A stretch of DNA of 64,000 nucleotides from Candidatus Acidiferrum sp. (GCA_035566435.1 DATMRF010000011.1:26878-90877); one strand, 5' to 3'. Numbered from the stretch's first letter, positions 17,372 through 27,635 are shown. Notes: generated by a model not told the origin, from the letters alone. Made by a program: numbers and translations.

Positions 17372-20300
17372 TCACTGAGTGGCGTGATTTACGCACTCGC
17401 CGGCCTTCTTCAGCGTTCGGTACTGATGCGTCCACGGCTCGATGCGGCAGATTGCCTGGTAAGCGCATTGGTCGCAGGCGACGGTCGTGCCTTTGCGGAA
17501 GGGCGCCACCTCGGCGGCGCCTTCGTAAATCCGCCGCCCCATCTGCTTCAAGTGCGCTTCGACGGAATCGAGCAACGCTTCGAATTCGGGCGTCGTCACG
17601 GCCTCGTGCGAGCTTTTGTTGATTCGCCCGTCCTTCGTGAGGCGATAATTAAACTGGTCGCCCTGCCGCGCCTCGGCCCGGCTGTCCAGTTGGCGCAATA
17701 ACCGTGCATCGAACCGCCCAGTGTGGCGATAGGCCAATTGTCGGGCTTCGTCGGCATTTTCCAGCGCGTCGCGCCGGTTCGCTTCGCGTTCGTACTTGCC
17801 GCGCAGGTTGACATAGAACACGCCTGCCGGCGCGAGCCGCGCGACGCCGAATTGCTCGTGGGGATTCGGCCACCGGCGCAGCACATTCAAATAGGCCAGC
17901 AACTGCAACTGCAAGCCATGCTGCAGGAACACTGCATCCAGTTGCTTTTGACTCGATTTGTAATCCACCACCACGCAGGACGCCGCCTCCCCTTCTCGGC
18001 ACAAATCGACCCGGTCGATCCGGCCGTGGAGGTGCAGTCGATGCACGCTGTCGAGCTCAAGACTCCAGGCAGGTGACGTGCCCGGATGCCCAAACGGCAG
18101 CTCCGCCGCCGTGGGGTCGAACCGGTACTGATGCCGCATCCAGCCGACCAGCGTTTCCACAAACTCCTCCAGCGACTCCGTCAGGATGCGGGCCATAAAC
18201 CTTGTTTCCTCACTCGCTTCGAGCAAGCCGTCGCGGTAACTCGCCCTCAGGCCCCGCGAGAGTGCCGCGATACGTTCGCGCGCCTCCGCCGGCGTGATGT
18301 CGCGCCAGCGCTTCCCTTCTTTCCGCAACTGCTCATGGAACAGCGCCAGCACGTCGTGCTGAAATGTCCCTTGTTCCTTGAGGTCCAGCTCGAAGCGCCT
18401 TCGCTCCTCCGCTCGCAAACCCGAGTGGACAAAAAACTTGAATGGGCAGGCGGCAAACTGCTCCATTCGGCTGACCGAAGTCCCAAGGACGGGTCCATAC
18501 AGGCTTTCCGCCATTTCGGGCGACAGCGACTCTTGCGGTCCCGGATTCTGAAAATGCCGCAATTGTTCGAGCACCGACGCCAGCGGCGGAATCGCGGCCA
18601 ATCGCTCCCAGCTCGTGATGCGTGATGTGTGATGGGTGATGCCAGCATCCGCTGTCGTCACTGACTCTCCACTGCAAACCTCAACCTGCGGTCCGTGGTC
18701 CTTGGTCCGTGGTCTTGAGGCTTGGAACTTGATACCTGAGGCTTTAAGCGCCGGCCCGATCAGTTCCGTCACATGCTCGCTTTCCCGCCAGTCCAGCGCT
18801 TTGGACTCGGTGTCGAACTCGAGTGATGGGAAGAGCCGCCGGACGTGTGCCAGGAAGGGCGATGGGTTGAGCGGCGTGCCGTGCGCGTCGCGATGAGCGC
18901 ACGTCAACACTAACCGGGCCCGCGCCCGGGTGCAGGCAATATACGCATAAAACCGTTCGCGGCCGAGTTGGTGGCGGGAGCTGGCCACGGCGGTGACGTT
19001 GTGTTTTTCCAATTCGATAAGGTCGGATTCCGTCAGGAGCACGCCAGGTTCGGGAGGCGCCGGAAAAACGGTCTCATTGAGGCCAAGCACCAGCGCCAAC
19101 TTGATGTCCGGGTTGCGCGAGCGATCGATGGCGCCGACGAGCACCTGGTCCAACGCCGGCGGAATGACTCCGACGGTGAGACTGGCCAGCCCGGCCTCGA
19201 GAATCGGCAGCCAGTCGCGGACGGTCAGCGCCTCGGCGGGGAAAGCCAATTCCACATTCTCCAGCCAGGTATTCATCTGTTCCCAAACAGCGGTGTGCAC
19301 CGAGTTGTCGATGGGCGATTCGGTGCTGGAGACGTCCGTGGCGGCCCACGCCTGGAGTTGCTGCTCGACTTCAAGGGCTTCCCAGAGCGCGCGCACCGCC
19401 GTTGCCAGTTGCGCGCCGGTCGGCTTATTTCGGCATTCGGCCATGGCCAGCGCGAGCCGCTGAAACGGCGGCATGATGCGCTCTTGCAGGCGGGCAACCC
19501 AATCGGTCAACTCGGGCTCGCCACTAATCACAATGGGTCTTTGCCACACCGCGCCCCGCCAGCCGCGGGCCAGCGCTTCGTTCTCCAGCCGGTCAATTTC
19601 GGCCTCCGCCACCCCGACCAGGCCGGTCTTCAGTACTGCGAACCAGTCATCCTGCTGCCATTGAAACGCGATGGTGCGCAGCGCGCTGCGCGCCAGTTCT
19701 GCCAACGGGTGGTGTGAAACCGACTTGCGCCGGTCCAGGAAAAACGGAATTCCATACCGTGAAAACACGCGTTGCAGGACCGAGTGGTACCCCTCCAGCT
19801 TCCGCACCATTACCGAAATCTCGCGATACCTTCCACCGGCGCGCACGTGTCGCAGGATTTCCCGCGCTGTCAATTTCGCTTCCTCCTCCGGCTCCACGCA
19901 CACCGCGACGCGCAGGCTCTGCCCCGGCCCGGCCATCTCCCCGGGCGGCGTCTCCGCACCCTGGTAAGGCTGCGGCTCGCCCCAATGCCGCTCCAAGTGC
20001 TGCAACGCGCCTTTCTCGGGAAACCGGCTCTGGCTGGGAATTCGCGACAGGGTTTCGGTGACCACCTCCACGCCTGCCAAACCGCCAAGCCGCTTCCGGC
20101 ATTGCTCCAGCGTTTTGCGGACCATCGACCAATGAGAAAGCCATGAGCTGTGTTTTCCCTCTACCCCCTCGACACAGAGTGCAACGGTCGCCCCATCGCA
20201 ATACGGCATCAGCGTCGCCAGCAACCCCAGCTCCAGCTGCGAGAATTCAGCAAACCCATCGACCCAAAGATGCTCAATCCGAACTTCCGACTTTGGACTT

Positions 20301-20995
20301 CGGACACGGGCTTTGAGACCTGGGACTGTGGACCGCGGACGGTGGACCGCGGACGGTGGACCATGCTCCTGGGCCGCTAATCCCGCATTTCCAAGCGCCT
20401 CCGCCGCCGTGGCCAACAAACAATCCACATCCTGCAAATCATGGGTTGCCAGCCAGTCCAGATACTCCTGGAGTAAGGTCGCGAGGTCCTGAAGCTTATA
20501 AGAAAGGCCTTCGACGTCTCGCACCCGCTCGGCGAGCTGGTTCAGCACTGCCGGTGTAAGTTGGCTGAGTTGCAACTCCCGCAGCACGAGGCTGAGCTGC
20601 CGTGCAAAGCCGTTCAGCCGCGCGCTGGCGCGGAACAACTTCAATTCGTTGCCCTTGCGGGTCAGCAAGGAGCGAAGCACCATCAGCCGGCCCTCCTCGT
20701 GGAGCATCGCCGGCGGCGCTTGGTGCAGGCGCTCGAAAATGAAATGAGCCAGGCGTTCGAACGACAAGATGTGCAGCCGAGTATAACCAGGGATTTCGGG
20801 GTCTGCCAGGAATTGCCGCTCCAACTGGTAGGTCGCCTGTTTCGGCGCTACCAGCACCAGTGGCGGCCCTTCCGCCGACGTTCTCAGCGCAGCGCGAATT
20901 CCCGCCAGACAATGGTAAGTCTTGCCGCTGCCCGCCGGGCCCAATAACAAACTCACTTCCACGCGCCATTTTTGCGAAAGGCCGCTCCAGCGCAA
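17372..20995 (-). CDS. addB: AddB-type helicase-nuclease subunit
   Basis: Walker A LLLGPAGSGKT, C-terminal nuclease motif VVVDYKSS and Cys cluster CDQCAYQAIC typical of the AddB Fe-S nuclease domain. First codon is TTG; GTG at 20962 is an alternative. Confidence 0.75.
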   Translation of the reverse strand: MRWSGLSQKWRVEVSLLLGPAGSGKTYHCLAGIRAALRTSAEGPPLVLVAPKQATYQLERQFLADPEIPGYTRLHILSFERLAHFIFERLHQAPPAMLHEEGRLMVLRSLLTRKGNELKLFRASARLNGFARQLSLVLRELQLSQLTPAVLNQLAERVRDVEGLSYKLQDLATLLQEYLDWLATHDLQDVDCLLATAAEALGNAGLAAQEHGPPSAVHRPRSTVPGLKARVRSPKSEVRIEHLWVDGFAEFSQLELGLLATLMPYCDGATVALCVEGVEGKHSSWLSHWSMVRKTLEQCRKRLGGLAGVEVVTETLSRIPSQSRFPEKGALQHLERHWGEPQPYQGAETPPGEMAGPGQSLRVAVCVEPEEEAKLTAREILRHVRAGGRYREISVMVRKLEGYHSVLQRVFSRYGIPFFLDRRKSVSHHPLAELARSALRTIAFQWQQDDWFAVLKTGLVGVAEAEIDRLENEALARGWRGAVWQRPIVISGEPELTDWVARLQERIMPPFQRLALAMAECRNKPTGAQLATAVRALWEALEVEQQLQAWAATDVSSTESPIDNSVHTAVWEQMNTWLENVELAFPAEALTVRDWLPILEAGLASLTVGVIPPALDQVLVGAIDRSRNPDIKLALVLGLNETVFPAPPEPGVLLTESDLIELEKHNVTAVASSRHQLGRERFYAYIACTRARARLVLTCAHRDAHGTPLNPSPFLAHVRRLFPSLEFDTESKALDWRESEHVTELIGPALKASGIKFQASRPRTKDHGPQVEVCSGESVTTADAGITHHTSRITSWERLAAIPPLASVLEQLRHFQNPGPQESLSPEMAESLYGPVLGTSVSRMEQFAACPFKFFVHSGLRAEERRRFELDLKEQGTFQHDVLALFHEQLRKEGKRWRDITPAEARERIAALSRGLRASYRDGLLEASEETRFMARILTESLEEFVETLVGWMRHQYRFDPTAAELPFGHPGTSPAWSLELDSVHRLHLHGRIDRVDLCREGEAASCVVVDYKSSQKQLDAVFLQHGLQLQLLAYLNVLRRWPNPHEQFGVARLAPAGVFYVNLRGKYEREANRRDALENADEARQLAYRHTGRFDARLLRQLDSRAEARQGDQFNYRLTKDGRINKSSHEAVTTPEFEALLDSVEAHLKQMGRRIYEGAAEVAPFRKGTTVACDQCAYQAICRIEPWTHQYRTLKKAGECVNHATQ

Positions 20996-21038
20996 AGCCT
21001 ATTATTTCAGAGATGTGACACGTGAGACTTTAGGCGAG

Positions 21039-22415
21039 TCACACGTCCACCGTCTCTCCCGGCTTGGGTTGGAACACCTTTATGCGTGGGTGCCGGGCGT
21101 GAATCTGCCGCTCGAACCAGTTGCGGGAGTCCTCCTCGCCGTGGCCCAGCAGCACCGCACGCGGTTCGACCCGGCTGACAAAATCCAGCAGTTCCTCGCG
21201 GTTCGCATGGGCTGTCAGGTCGAATTCCTCCACCTGGCACCGTCGGGTCACTTCGCCGCCGCTCGCGCTGAACAGGAAGGTCTCGCCGTGCTTCGCGGCC
21301 CGGAGGCGGCCGCCCGGAGTGTCCGGGTCCGAGTAGCCGACAAAGAAGATGGACTGGCGTTCATCGCCGATCATGCGCAAGGCCAGGTTATGCGCGGCGG
21401 TATTCTCGCTCATCATTCCGGCGGTGATGACAAAAATGCGCCCGCCGGTCAGTTTCATTTTTTCAGCCTGTCCTTTTTCGAGCACGACGAGGTTCAAGGC
21501 CTCATGCAATTGCAGCGTGGGATGCTGTCGATGGGCGCGGTGCGATTCCAAATCGTAAATCTCAGTGAAGACCCGCCCCAGCCCGCCGATGTAAATCGGT
21601 TGTTGGCGGATTTTGCCTTCCGCCGTGAGCAACGCGAGCAGCGCGAGGATTTCCTGAGTCCGCCCGAGCGCAAAAGTGGGGATCAGGATCGACGCTTTGC
21701 GGTCCAGCGCGCGCTGGATCGCGTCCGTCAGCCGTTCGAGCTCCCCGGCGCGCGTGAACCCGGGCGGCACCTGCCGGTTGCCCCGCGTCGTCTCCATCAC
21801 CAGCACCTCGGCCTTGACACCCTCAAACCGCGCCGACTTCAAAATCGTTTGGTCGTGGAAGCACACGTCGCCAGTGTAAAAGAGCGTCTCACGTCGCCCT
21901 CGGACCATCAGCCCGGCGGAGCCGAGCGCGTGGCCGGCATCGTAGAACTCGAGCGTCGGCGAGTGGAAACCCGCCCGGCTCTTTTTGAAAGCGGCCCAAT
22001 CGATCTCGCGGGTGTATTTGAACCCCTGGAACCGCGGCTCGATGTCATCGACTTCGTCATGCGTAAAAAGCGGGTACTCCTTGATGCCCAGTTCGTCCCG
22101 TTGTCGCGTCATGACGTTGACGGAATTGTGCAGCACGCGTTCCACCAGGAAATAACTCAGCTCGCTCATAAGCACATGCGCCTGGGGAAAATAGCGCAAC
22201 GCCACCGGCAGTGAGCCGACATGGTCGTGGTGGCAATGCGAGATCGCGATCGCGTCTAGTTCCTTGTTCTTGACCAGGTCGAAGAGCGGAAGGCCCTCGC
22301 GGCCTTCGCGTTTGGGATGAACACCGGCATCCATCAGCAGCCGGTGCCCGTCCAGTTCCACAAACCACCCGGACGCTCCGATGGCCGTGTCCGGGTTCAG
22401 ATTGGTGATCCGCAT
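21039..22415 (-). CDS. MBL-fold beta-CASP family RNA-metabolising hydrolase
   Basis: HxHxDH motif ISHCHHDHVG, beta-CASP-like middle region and a C-terminal RNA-specificity-like domain. ATG at 22415 (MRITNLNP) is preferred over TTG at 22445. Confidence 0.75.
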   Translation of the reverse strand: MRITNLNPDTAIGASGWFVELDGHRLLMDAGVHPKREGREGLPLFDLVKNKELDAIAISHCHHDHVGSLPVALRYFPQAHVLMSELSYFLVERVLHNSVNVMTRQRDELGIKEYPLFTHDEVDDIEPRFQGFKYTREIDWAAFKKSRAGFHSPTLEFYDAGHALGSAGLMVRGRRETLFYTGDVCFHDQTILKSARFEGVKAEVLVMETTRGNRQVPPGFTRAGELERLTDAIQRALDRKASILIPTFALGRTQEILALLALLTAEGKIRQQPIYIGGLGRVFTEIYDLESHRAHRQHPTLQLHEALNLVVLEKGQAEKMKLTGGRIFVITAGMMSENTAAHNLALRMIGDERQSIFFVGYSDPDTPGGRLRAAKHGETFLFSASGGEVTRRCQVEEFDLTAHANREELLDFVSRVEPRAVLLGHGEEDSRNWFERQIHARHPRIKVFQPKPGETVDV

Positions 22416-22451
22416 AGCTGAAAATTGCCCGCGGGCAATTCTCAATCCGGG

Positions 22452-23216
22452 TTACTTTTTCTCCGCGCCTTCCGTCATCTTTTTCATTACCGCCTTCTGA
22501 AGCTCTATCTGGTTGGTGTATTGTGTAAAGTCGGCCGGCGGGTCGAACAGCTTCTCATCCGGCTTCGCTAACTTCACTTGCTTGAACCGCAGGAACGACG
22601 TATTCTCGTTGTCCTTGGTCTGGATCTGCACCGGAAAGTCTTTCAGATCGGTCGCGTTCCAGGTGGTGGCCTCAATCTTTTTGCCCTCCTGGTCCGTAAA
22701 CACGTTCATGTGTTTAACACAAGGGTGACCGTCCACAGTTTCTTTGCCCAGCTCGGTCGTTTCGAGTTTTGGCGGCTTGTCCGCCGCCTCGGCATCCGCC
22801 TTGGGCAGGGGTTGGCTGAGCACGACCTTCATGTTTGGGTACATCGCATAAACCAGTTTTTTATCCGGGCGGATGATATTGACGAATTGCTCCATCCCCA
22901 TTTGCTTGAGGCTGTCGGCCATGCCGGGCGGCATCTGCTTGTTCTTCATCTGCGTCAGGTCCATTTCCATGCGGGTTTTATTGTCCAGGAACGCGAACTC
23001 CACCGGGACACTGGCCAGTTCCTGCTGTGAGCTGTCCAGCACCTGCACATCGACCTTGGCGGTGAACGCTTTGGTCTCGCCGAACAAGCGGGTAAGAGCG
23101 GCGCCCATGCCGCCTGGGGCGCCGGCACCCGGCATCTGCCCGGAAACCGTCAAGCCGGCCAGCATTAATCCCGCGACTGCAGTGTTAAGCGTAGGCCTGA
23201 TCAGGTTCGTTTTCAT
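22452..23216 (-). CDS. Secreted LolA-like / DUF4412-like protein
   Basis: Signal peptide, beta-rich 254-aa protein with a pattern resembling open-barrel LolA/DUF4412 proteins. Call is by overall pattern only. Confidence 0.4.
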   Translation of the reverse strand: MKTNLIRPTLNTAVAGLMLAGLTVSGQMPGAGAPGGMGAALTRLFGETKAFTAKVDVQVLDSSQQELASVPVEFAFLDNKTRMEMDLTQMKNKQMPPGMADSLKQMGMEQFVNIIRPDKKLVYAMYPNMKVVLSQPLPKADAEAADKPPKLETTELGKETVDGHPCVKHMNVFTDQEGKKIEATTWNATDLKDFPVQIQTKDNENTSFLRFKQVKLAKPDEKLFDPPADFTQYTNQIELQKAVMKKMTEGAEKK

Positions 23217-23359
23217 AAGTAACGATATTTACACGAAGATACCCGATTACCCCCCAAAAACCAAAGGAATTTCCAGGCGCCGGAAGAGGGCAGGGACAGG
23301 TCACGCTGGCCACGCGAACATTTTTAATCCAATACTTCCTACCCTGCCCTACGTTTAAG

Positions 23360-23409
23360 GTGGGGCGGCTCGGTGAACGCTGAGCCGCCCCACACGCGAC
23401 CCGTTTTTT
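23360..23409. terminator. GC-rich 12-bp perfect stem-loop with displaced T-run
   Basis: GTGGGGCGGCTC (23360-23371) and GAGCCGCCCCAC (23382-23393) with a 10-nt loop. TTTTTT at 23404-23409 on the plus strand. About 160 nt downstream of the outer-membrane barrel gene stop. Confidence 0.4.
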
Positions 23410-23551
23410 CGGCCAGCATGAAGGCCAGGTGGAAAGACGCGCCACTTCGGGCCTGGACCAGCCCCAAGCCCTACTTTCGTTCTATTCGTGGCCGCGCCGC
23501 GGGCTCATACAATTGTTGGACGAACGAGAATGTCCTTGGTTCCCACCGAGC

Positions 23552-24559
23552 CTAATTCTCTTTCTTTCCGCCGAATGGGATATCGATATAGGCCCCAAGC
23601 CACAGTTTCGAATCGGTATTCCGGCCATCAAACGTTTTGCGCGCGTGAAAGCCGTAGCGGACCTGGCGTTTCACAGTCCTGTAGCTGAACCCGGCTTCGA
23701 TCGCATCGCTGACCTCCTTCACATCGGATTTGTACGATATTCCGTCATAGGGGACCTGGCTGCCCACCAGTATGATGTCTTCGCCGGAAGTGGCCTGCTG
23801 GTGCCGGTAGCCGGCATCCAATTCCCAGTGCCCGATCTCCTGGAAAAGGCCGATGGACGCCATGTACTGGTCGGTGCTGATGGTGTGATTCCACCGGTAC
23901 CACGCGTCGCCCCAAACCCCTAAACCGCTCCAGCCAAAATGCTTCCGCAAAAGCAGCGAGGGCTCGATCGTCGCCGAATGGTTGCCAGGGGCAAATGGGA
24001 TCGAGCGAGAGTAACTGCCCGGGAGGATCGCCCCGGCGCGAAACGTCAAGGTTGGGAGCCACGGCGACGGCTGTTGTTTCTCATTGAAAATCTGATAACG
24101 CACTCCGAAAGCCGTGTCCATGAGCCCAGTCGTTTTCTGGATGCCTCCGTTCGGGTCAAACGAGCGCCAGCCAACGGTCGTGGCGCCGAAGTTGATATCG
24201 GCCGCCCACTTTTCAGTCAGGCCATAGTCGAGCGTGAAATAGCCTTGGCGGATGTCGATGCCGTAGCTTTCCCCATCGGGCGTTTTGAGAGTTATATTGT
24301 GCCGCGTGTTGCCTGCCCAAATATAATAGGCTTCTGATTGTTCGTAGAAAGCGCCGGCAACCAGTTGGCCGGGCGGCGGCACGTCCGCCCACTGTGCGAA
24401 CGGCCGGCGAGGCGCGTTTTCCGAGGCCAGCAATGCCGATGCTGCGGCCAGCAAGCATAGCAGGGCGGCAAGCGTGGTTCGGCCGCCGGTCCGGCCGGGA
24501 ATTTCGGCCTCAACTTTTTTCAGCCCGAAAGGCAACTGCTTCATCTGACTCATAGCCAT
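23552..24559 (-). CDS. Putative outer-membrane beta-barrel protein
   Basis: Signal peptide (TLAALLCLLAAASALLASE) and alternating aromatic/hydrophilic strands along the whole length (GYFTLDYGL, AFGVRYQIF, AGFSYRT). Start placed at ATG 24559. Confidence 0.5.
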   Translation of the reverse strand: MAMSQMKQLPFGLKKVEAEIPGRTGGRTTLAALLCLLAAASALLASENAPRRPFAQWADVPPPGQLVAGAFYEQSEAYYIWAGNTRHNITLKTPDGESYGIDIRQGYFTLDYGLTEKWAADINFGATTVGWRSFDPNGGIQKTTGLMDTAFGVRYQIFNEKQQPSPWLPTLTFRAGAILPGSYSRSIPFAPGNHSATIEPSLLLRKHFGWSGLGVWGDAWYRWNHTISTDQYMASIGLFQEIGHWELDAGYRHQQATSGEDIILVGSQVPYDGISYKSDVKEVSDAIEAGFSYRTVKRQVRYGFHARKTFDGRNTDSKLWLGAYIDIPFGGKKEN

Positions 24560-24996
24560 TTTCCCCTGCCCGCGGCTGCTGTTCCGCTGGATTCCGTCCG
24601 GCGAAAGCGCCAATACGAAATCGGCCAGCGGAAGACACCGTCCGGCGCGCAACCGCGAATGCACAGTGGCCGGTCGAACGGCAGCGACGGTTCAAGCCGC
24701 TGCGAGTCCAAGCTGCGCGCGCTCCACCTTTGCCAAAACCCCTGGAGAATGCAAGTCCCTGAAACAACGGCCCGGCATTCGCTGCGCTTCGCCGTTGCTG
24801 TCTTCTTTTTCTGACTGCTACTGCCCGTGTCCATCGGCTGCCCCAAGATCCTTCACCTGTGCGCTCTCGCTTTATTAGGGAAACGAGGGTTCCCGTGGGA
24901 GGGCGCTTTTTCCCGCACCCTGGAATTTCTTGCCAAGGCATTGACGCCGCACAATGATGGCCTCCAGTTGCCCGTTCGCCTTTGTTGAAACTGAAA

Positions 24997-26358
24997 ATGA
25001 ATCAGAGCATGAACACCCCCACCTCTCCTGAATCTGGCCGCACCACTCGTCGTGAATTTCTCAAAACCTCAGGCGCAGTGGTGGCTGGAGCTGCCTTGGC
25101 CGGCCCACTTGCCCGTCCCGGCTATGCCGCCGAGAATAACACGCTCAAGATTGCCCTGGTCGGCTGCGGCGGCCGCGGCAGCGGCGCGGCCGCCCAGGCG
25201 CTTTCGACTCAGGGACCGACAAAGCTGTGGGCAATGGCGGATGTGTTCGAGCATCGCCTTCAAGGCAGCCTTGCCAATATAAAGCAAGGCCATGAAAAAC
25301 AGATGGAGATTCCGGCTGAGCGCCAGTTCATCGGCCTGGACTCGTTCAAGAAAGCGATCGATTCACTCGGGCAGGGCGACGTCGTGCTTCTGGCGACGCC
25401 GCCGGCGTTTCGACCCATTCATTTCGAATATGCAGTGCAGAAGGGCATTAATGTGTTCATGGAAAAATCTTTCGCCGTCGATGCGCCCGGCATCCGGCGC
25501 GTCCTGCGAGCCGGCGAAGAAGCGGCGAAGAGGAATCTGAAAGTGGCCGGCGGCCTCATGAGCCGCCACTACCTGCCGCTCGAACAGGCCATCCAGCAAA
25601 TCCATGACGGCGTGATCGGCGAAGTGATTACCGAGTGGGCCTATCGCATGCATGGGCCGGTCGGCCTCACGCCGAAGCAGCCCGACATGAAGGAACTCGC
25701 CTACCAGATCACGAATTACAGCAATTTCACCTGGCTCAACGGCAGTTTCATCGTGGATTGGCTGATCCACAACATCGACGTTTGCTGCTGGGCCAAGAAT
25801 GGCTGGCCGGTTTCGGTCCAGGGCATGGGCGGCCGCCAGGTCCGGCAGGACGCCGACCAGCTCTTCGACCATTACGGCGCGGAATATACGTTTGCCGATG
25901 GTACCCGGATGATGGCCCAGGCCCGGCATATTGCCGATTACTGGGACTTTTTCGGCGATGTCATCCAGGGCACCAAGGGCTCGGCCGTCCTGGGTGAAGG
26001 CCAGCCCAAGCCCCGGCTTTTCAAAGGCCACCAGCGAGGTTCGGGGGACGTGCTTTGGAGCTACAAAGGGCCGGAGTGCGACCACTACCAGCGCGAGCAC
26101 GACCTCCTGTTCGATGCGATTCGCAACAACAAGCCTTACAATGAAACGGAGCGTTGCGCCAAATCCTGTCTCACCGCGATCATGGGTCGCATGGCGTGCG
26201 AATCGGGCAAGCTTATCACTTGGGAGGAAGCCATTAACTCGAAGCTCGAACTGGCGCCGGGCCTGGACAGCTACAGGTGGGATTCAAACCCGTCAGCGAT
26301 ACCCGACGCGAGCGGCAAATACCCCATCGCCATGCCCGGACAGACGCAGGTCTTCTAA
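24997..26358 (+). CDS. Tat-signal Gfo/Idh/MocA family oxidoreductase
   Basis: Twin-arginine motif TRREFLKTSG, Rossmann IALVGCGGRGSG, family-typical length and C-terminal domain. Confidence 0.8.
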   Translation: MNQSMNTPTSPESGRTTRREFLKTSGAVVAGAALAGPLARPGYAAENNTLKIALVGCGGRGSGAAAQALSTQGPTKLWAMADVFEHRLQGSLANIKQGHEKQMEIPAERQFIGLDSFKKAIDSLGQGDVVLLATPPAFRPIHFEYAVQKGINVFMEKSFAVDAPGIRRVLRAGEEAAKRNLKVAGGLMSRHYLPLEQAIQQIHDGVIGEVITEWAYRMHGPVGLTPKQPDMKELAYQITNYSNFTWLNGSFIVDWLIHNIDVCCWAKNGWPVSVQGMGGRQVRQDADQLFDHYGAEYTFADGTRMMAQARHIADYWDFFGDVIQGTKGSAVLGEGQPKPRLFKGHQRGSGDVLWSYKGPECDHYQREHDLLFDAIRNNKPYNETERCAKSCLTAIMGRMACESGKLITWEEAINSKLELAPGLDSYRWDSNPSAIPDASGKYPIAMPGQTQVF

Positions 26359-26448
26359 AAATTCGAAACCCGAAATTCGAAATCTCCGAAAACGCGTGCT
26401 CCAACGGGCCGATGCGAGGAGGTTTCGGACCTTCGAGCTTCGGATTTT
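26357..26448. repeat. Heptad arrays (AAATTCG / CTTCGGA family) forming an imperfect hairpin between convergent genes
   Basis: AAAATTCG AAACCCG AAATTCG AAATCTCCG AAAACGCG (26357-26398) is partly complementary to GGTTTCGGA CCTTCGAG CTTCGGATTTT (26421-26448). Confidence 0.6.
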
Positions 26449-26471
26449 GGCGCCTGCCGGTCGCTCCGGCT

Positions 26472-27635
26472 TCAATGCCCCGGCGCGGAAACCCCTTCTG
26501 CCTCTGAACCCGTCTTGGCCTCTTTAGCCAGGACCCTGAGAGCTTCGTGTCGTTCCTTTTTCGGTTTTTTTGAAATGGCTTTGGCGGCGGCGTAATACTT
26601 TTCCAGGTCGCCTCCGTTTTGAGCGAGCAACCGGTCAAACCCTGGAACAAAGTCGTAATAAGCGGCGACTGAATTCAGGCCCGCATTATTCACCTGGTGG
26701 GCAAACCAGCCGTCGTATTCCGGGTCGCCGCCCCAGGCTGCTTTCAGCCGGGCGTATTCGTTTTTCATATCCTCAAGAACCGCTTGTTTTTGGCGCAGCA
26801 ATTGAGCCGCAGACACATCGTGGTTCTTTGAGGTTGCTTTAACTCTGACGCCTTGCGAGACCGCGTCGCCGTAGACAGCTTCGAGCCGCACGCGCGTTGC
26901 GATAACCAGGTGCACGAACTGGTCATTGCGGCGGAGGTGCGCCGCGTACTGATCCAGTTCGGCCGCAGTTCCATTAGTCTTAAGCCAGCGGCGCGCTCCC
27001 TCTTCTCCGACACTGGTCGCGAAGGCCTCGTTGAAATCCGTGTCGCCGTGCGCGAAGAGGCGTTGGTGCGCCAGTTCGTGGAAAACCGTCTCCGCGAGCT
27101 CAGCCTCAGAGTCGAAGAGAAAGGTACTAAGGGCCGGGTCTTTGAACCAGCCCAGCGTGGAGTAGGCCGACACGCCTCCCACCGAAACGTCATAGCCCTT
27201 CCTTCTGAGGTAACCGGCGTAATTGGTCGCACCCCGAAGGGAGAAATAGCCGCGGTATTCGAGGCTGCCGACCAACGGGTACCACCACGTCCGCGCTTGC
27301 AGCGAGAATTGCGGGGCCGCCTCGACGTTCCATACCACGAACGGCCGGTGGACATCGACGTATTTGCGGTAATGATCATCGACCGGGAGTTTTAACTCCT
27401 GTGCAGCAAATGCCCGCAGTCGTTCGAGCAAGTCTAACCGTTGCTTGAGCCGCGGGGGTGTGTGAGGGTCGTTCGTGAGTTTCAGGATGGACTGCTCGTG
27501 AGCAACCAGTTGGTATTGGCCTTTAATAGCCTGGCCGTAAAACTGGAGCGTATGGCAGCCTGACAGGGCGCCCACCGCCGCGACCAGCACTGCGCCAATC
27601 AACACCTTCTTCAGGCGCCTGCTTTTGAGTGACAT
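26472..27635 (-). CDS. Putative zinc aminopeptidase lipoprotein (PF10023-like)
   Basis: Lipobox ALSGC, HExxH motif VFHELAHQ, start at ATG 27635. Confidence 0.6.
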   Translation of the reverse strand: MSLKSRRLKKVLIGAVLVAAVGALSGCHTLQFYGQAIKGQYQLVAHEQSILKLTNDPHTPPRLKQRLDLLERLRAFAAQELKLPVDDHYRKYVDVHRPFVVWNVEAAPQFSLQARTWWYPLVGSLEYRGYFSLRGATNYAGYLRRKGYDVSVGGVSAYSTLGWFKDPALSTFLFDSEAELAETVFHELAHQRLFAHGDTDFNEAFATSVGEEGARRWLKTNGTAAELDQYAAHLRRNDQFVHLVIATRVRLEAVYGDAVSQGVRVKATSKNHDVSAAQLLRQKQAVLEDMKNEYARLKAAWGGDPEYDGWFAHQVNNAGLNSVAAYYDFVPGFDRLLAQNGGDLEKYYAAAKAISKKPKKERHEALRVLAKEAKTGSEAEGVSAPGH

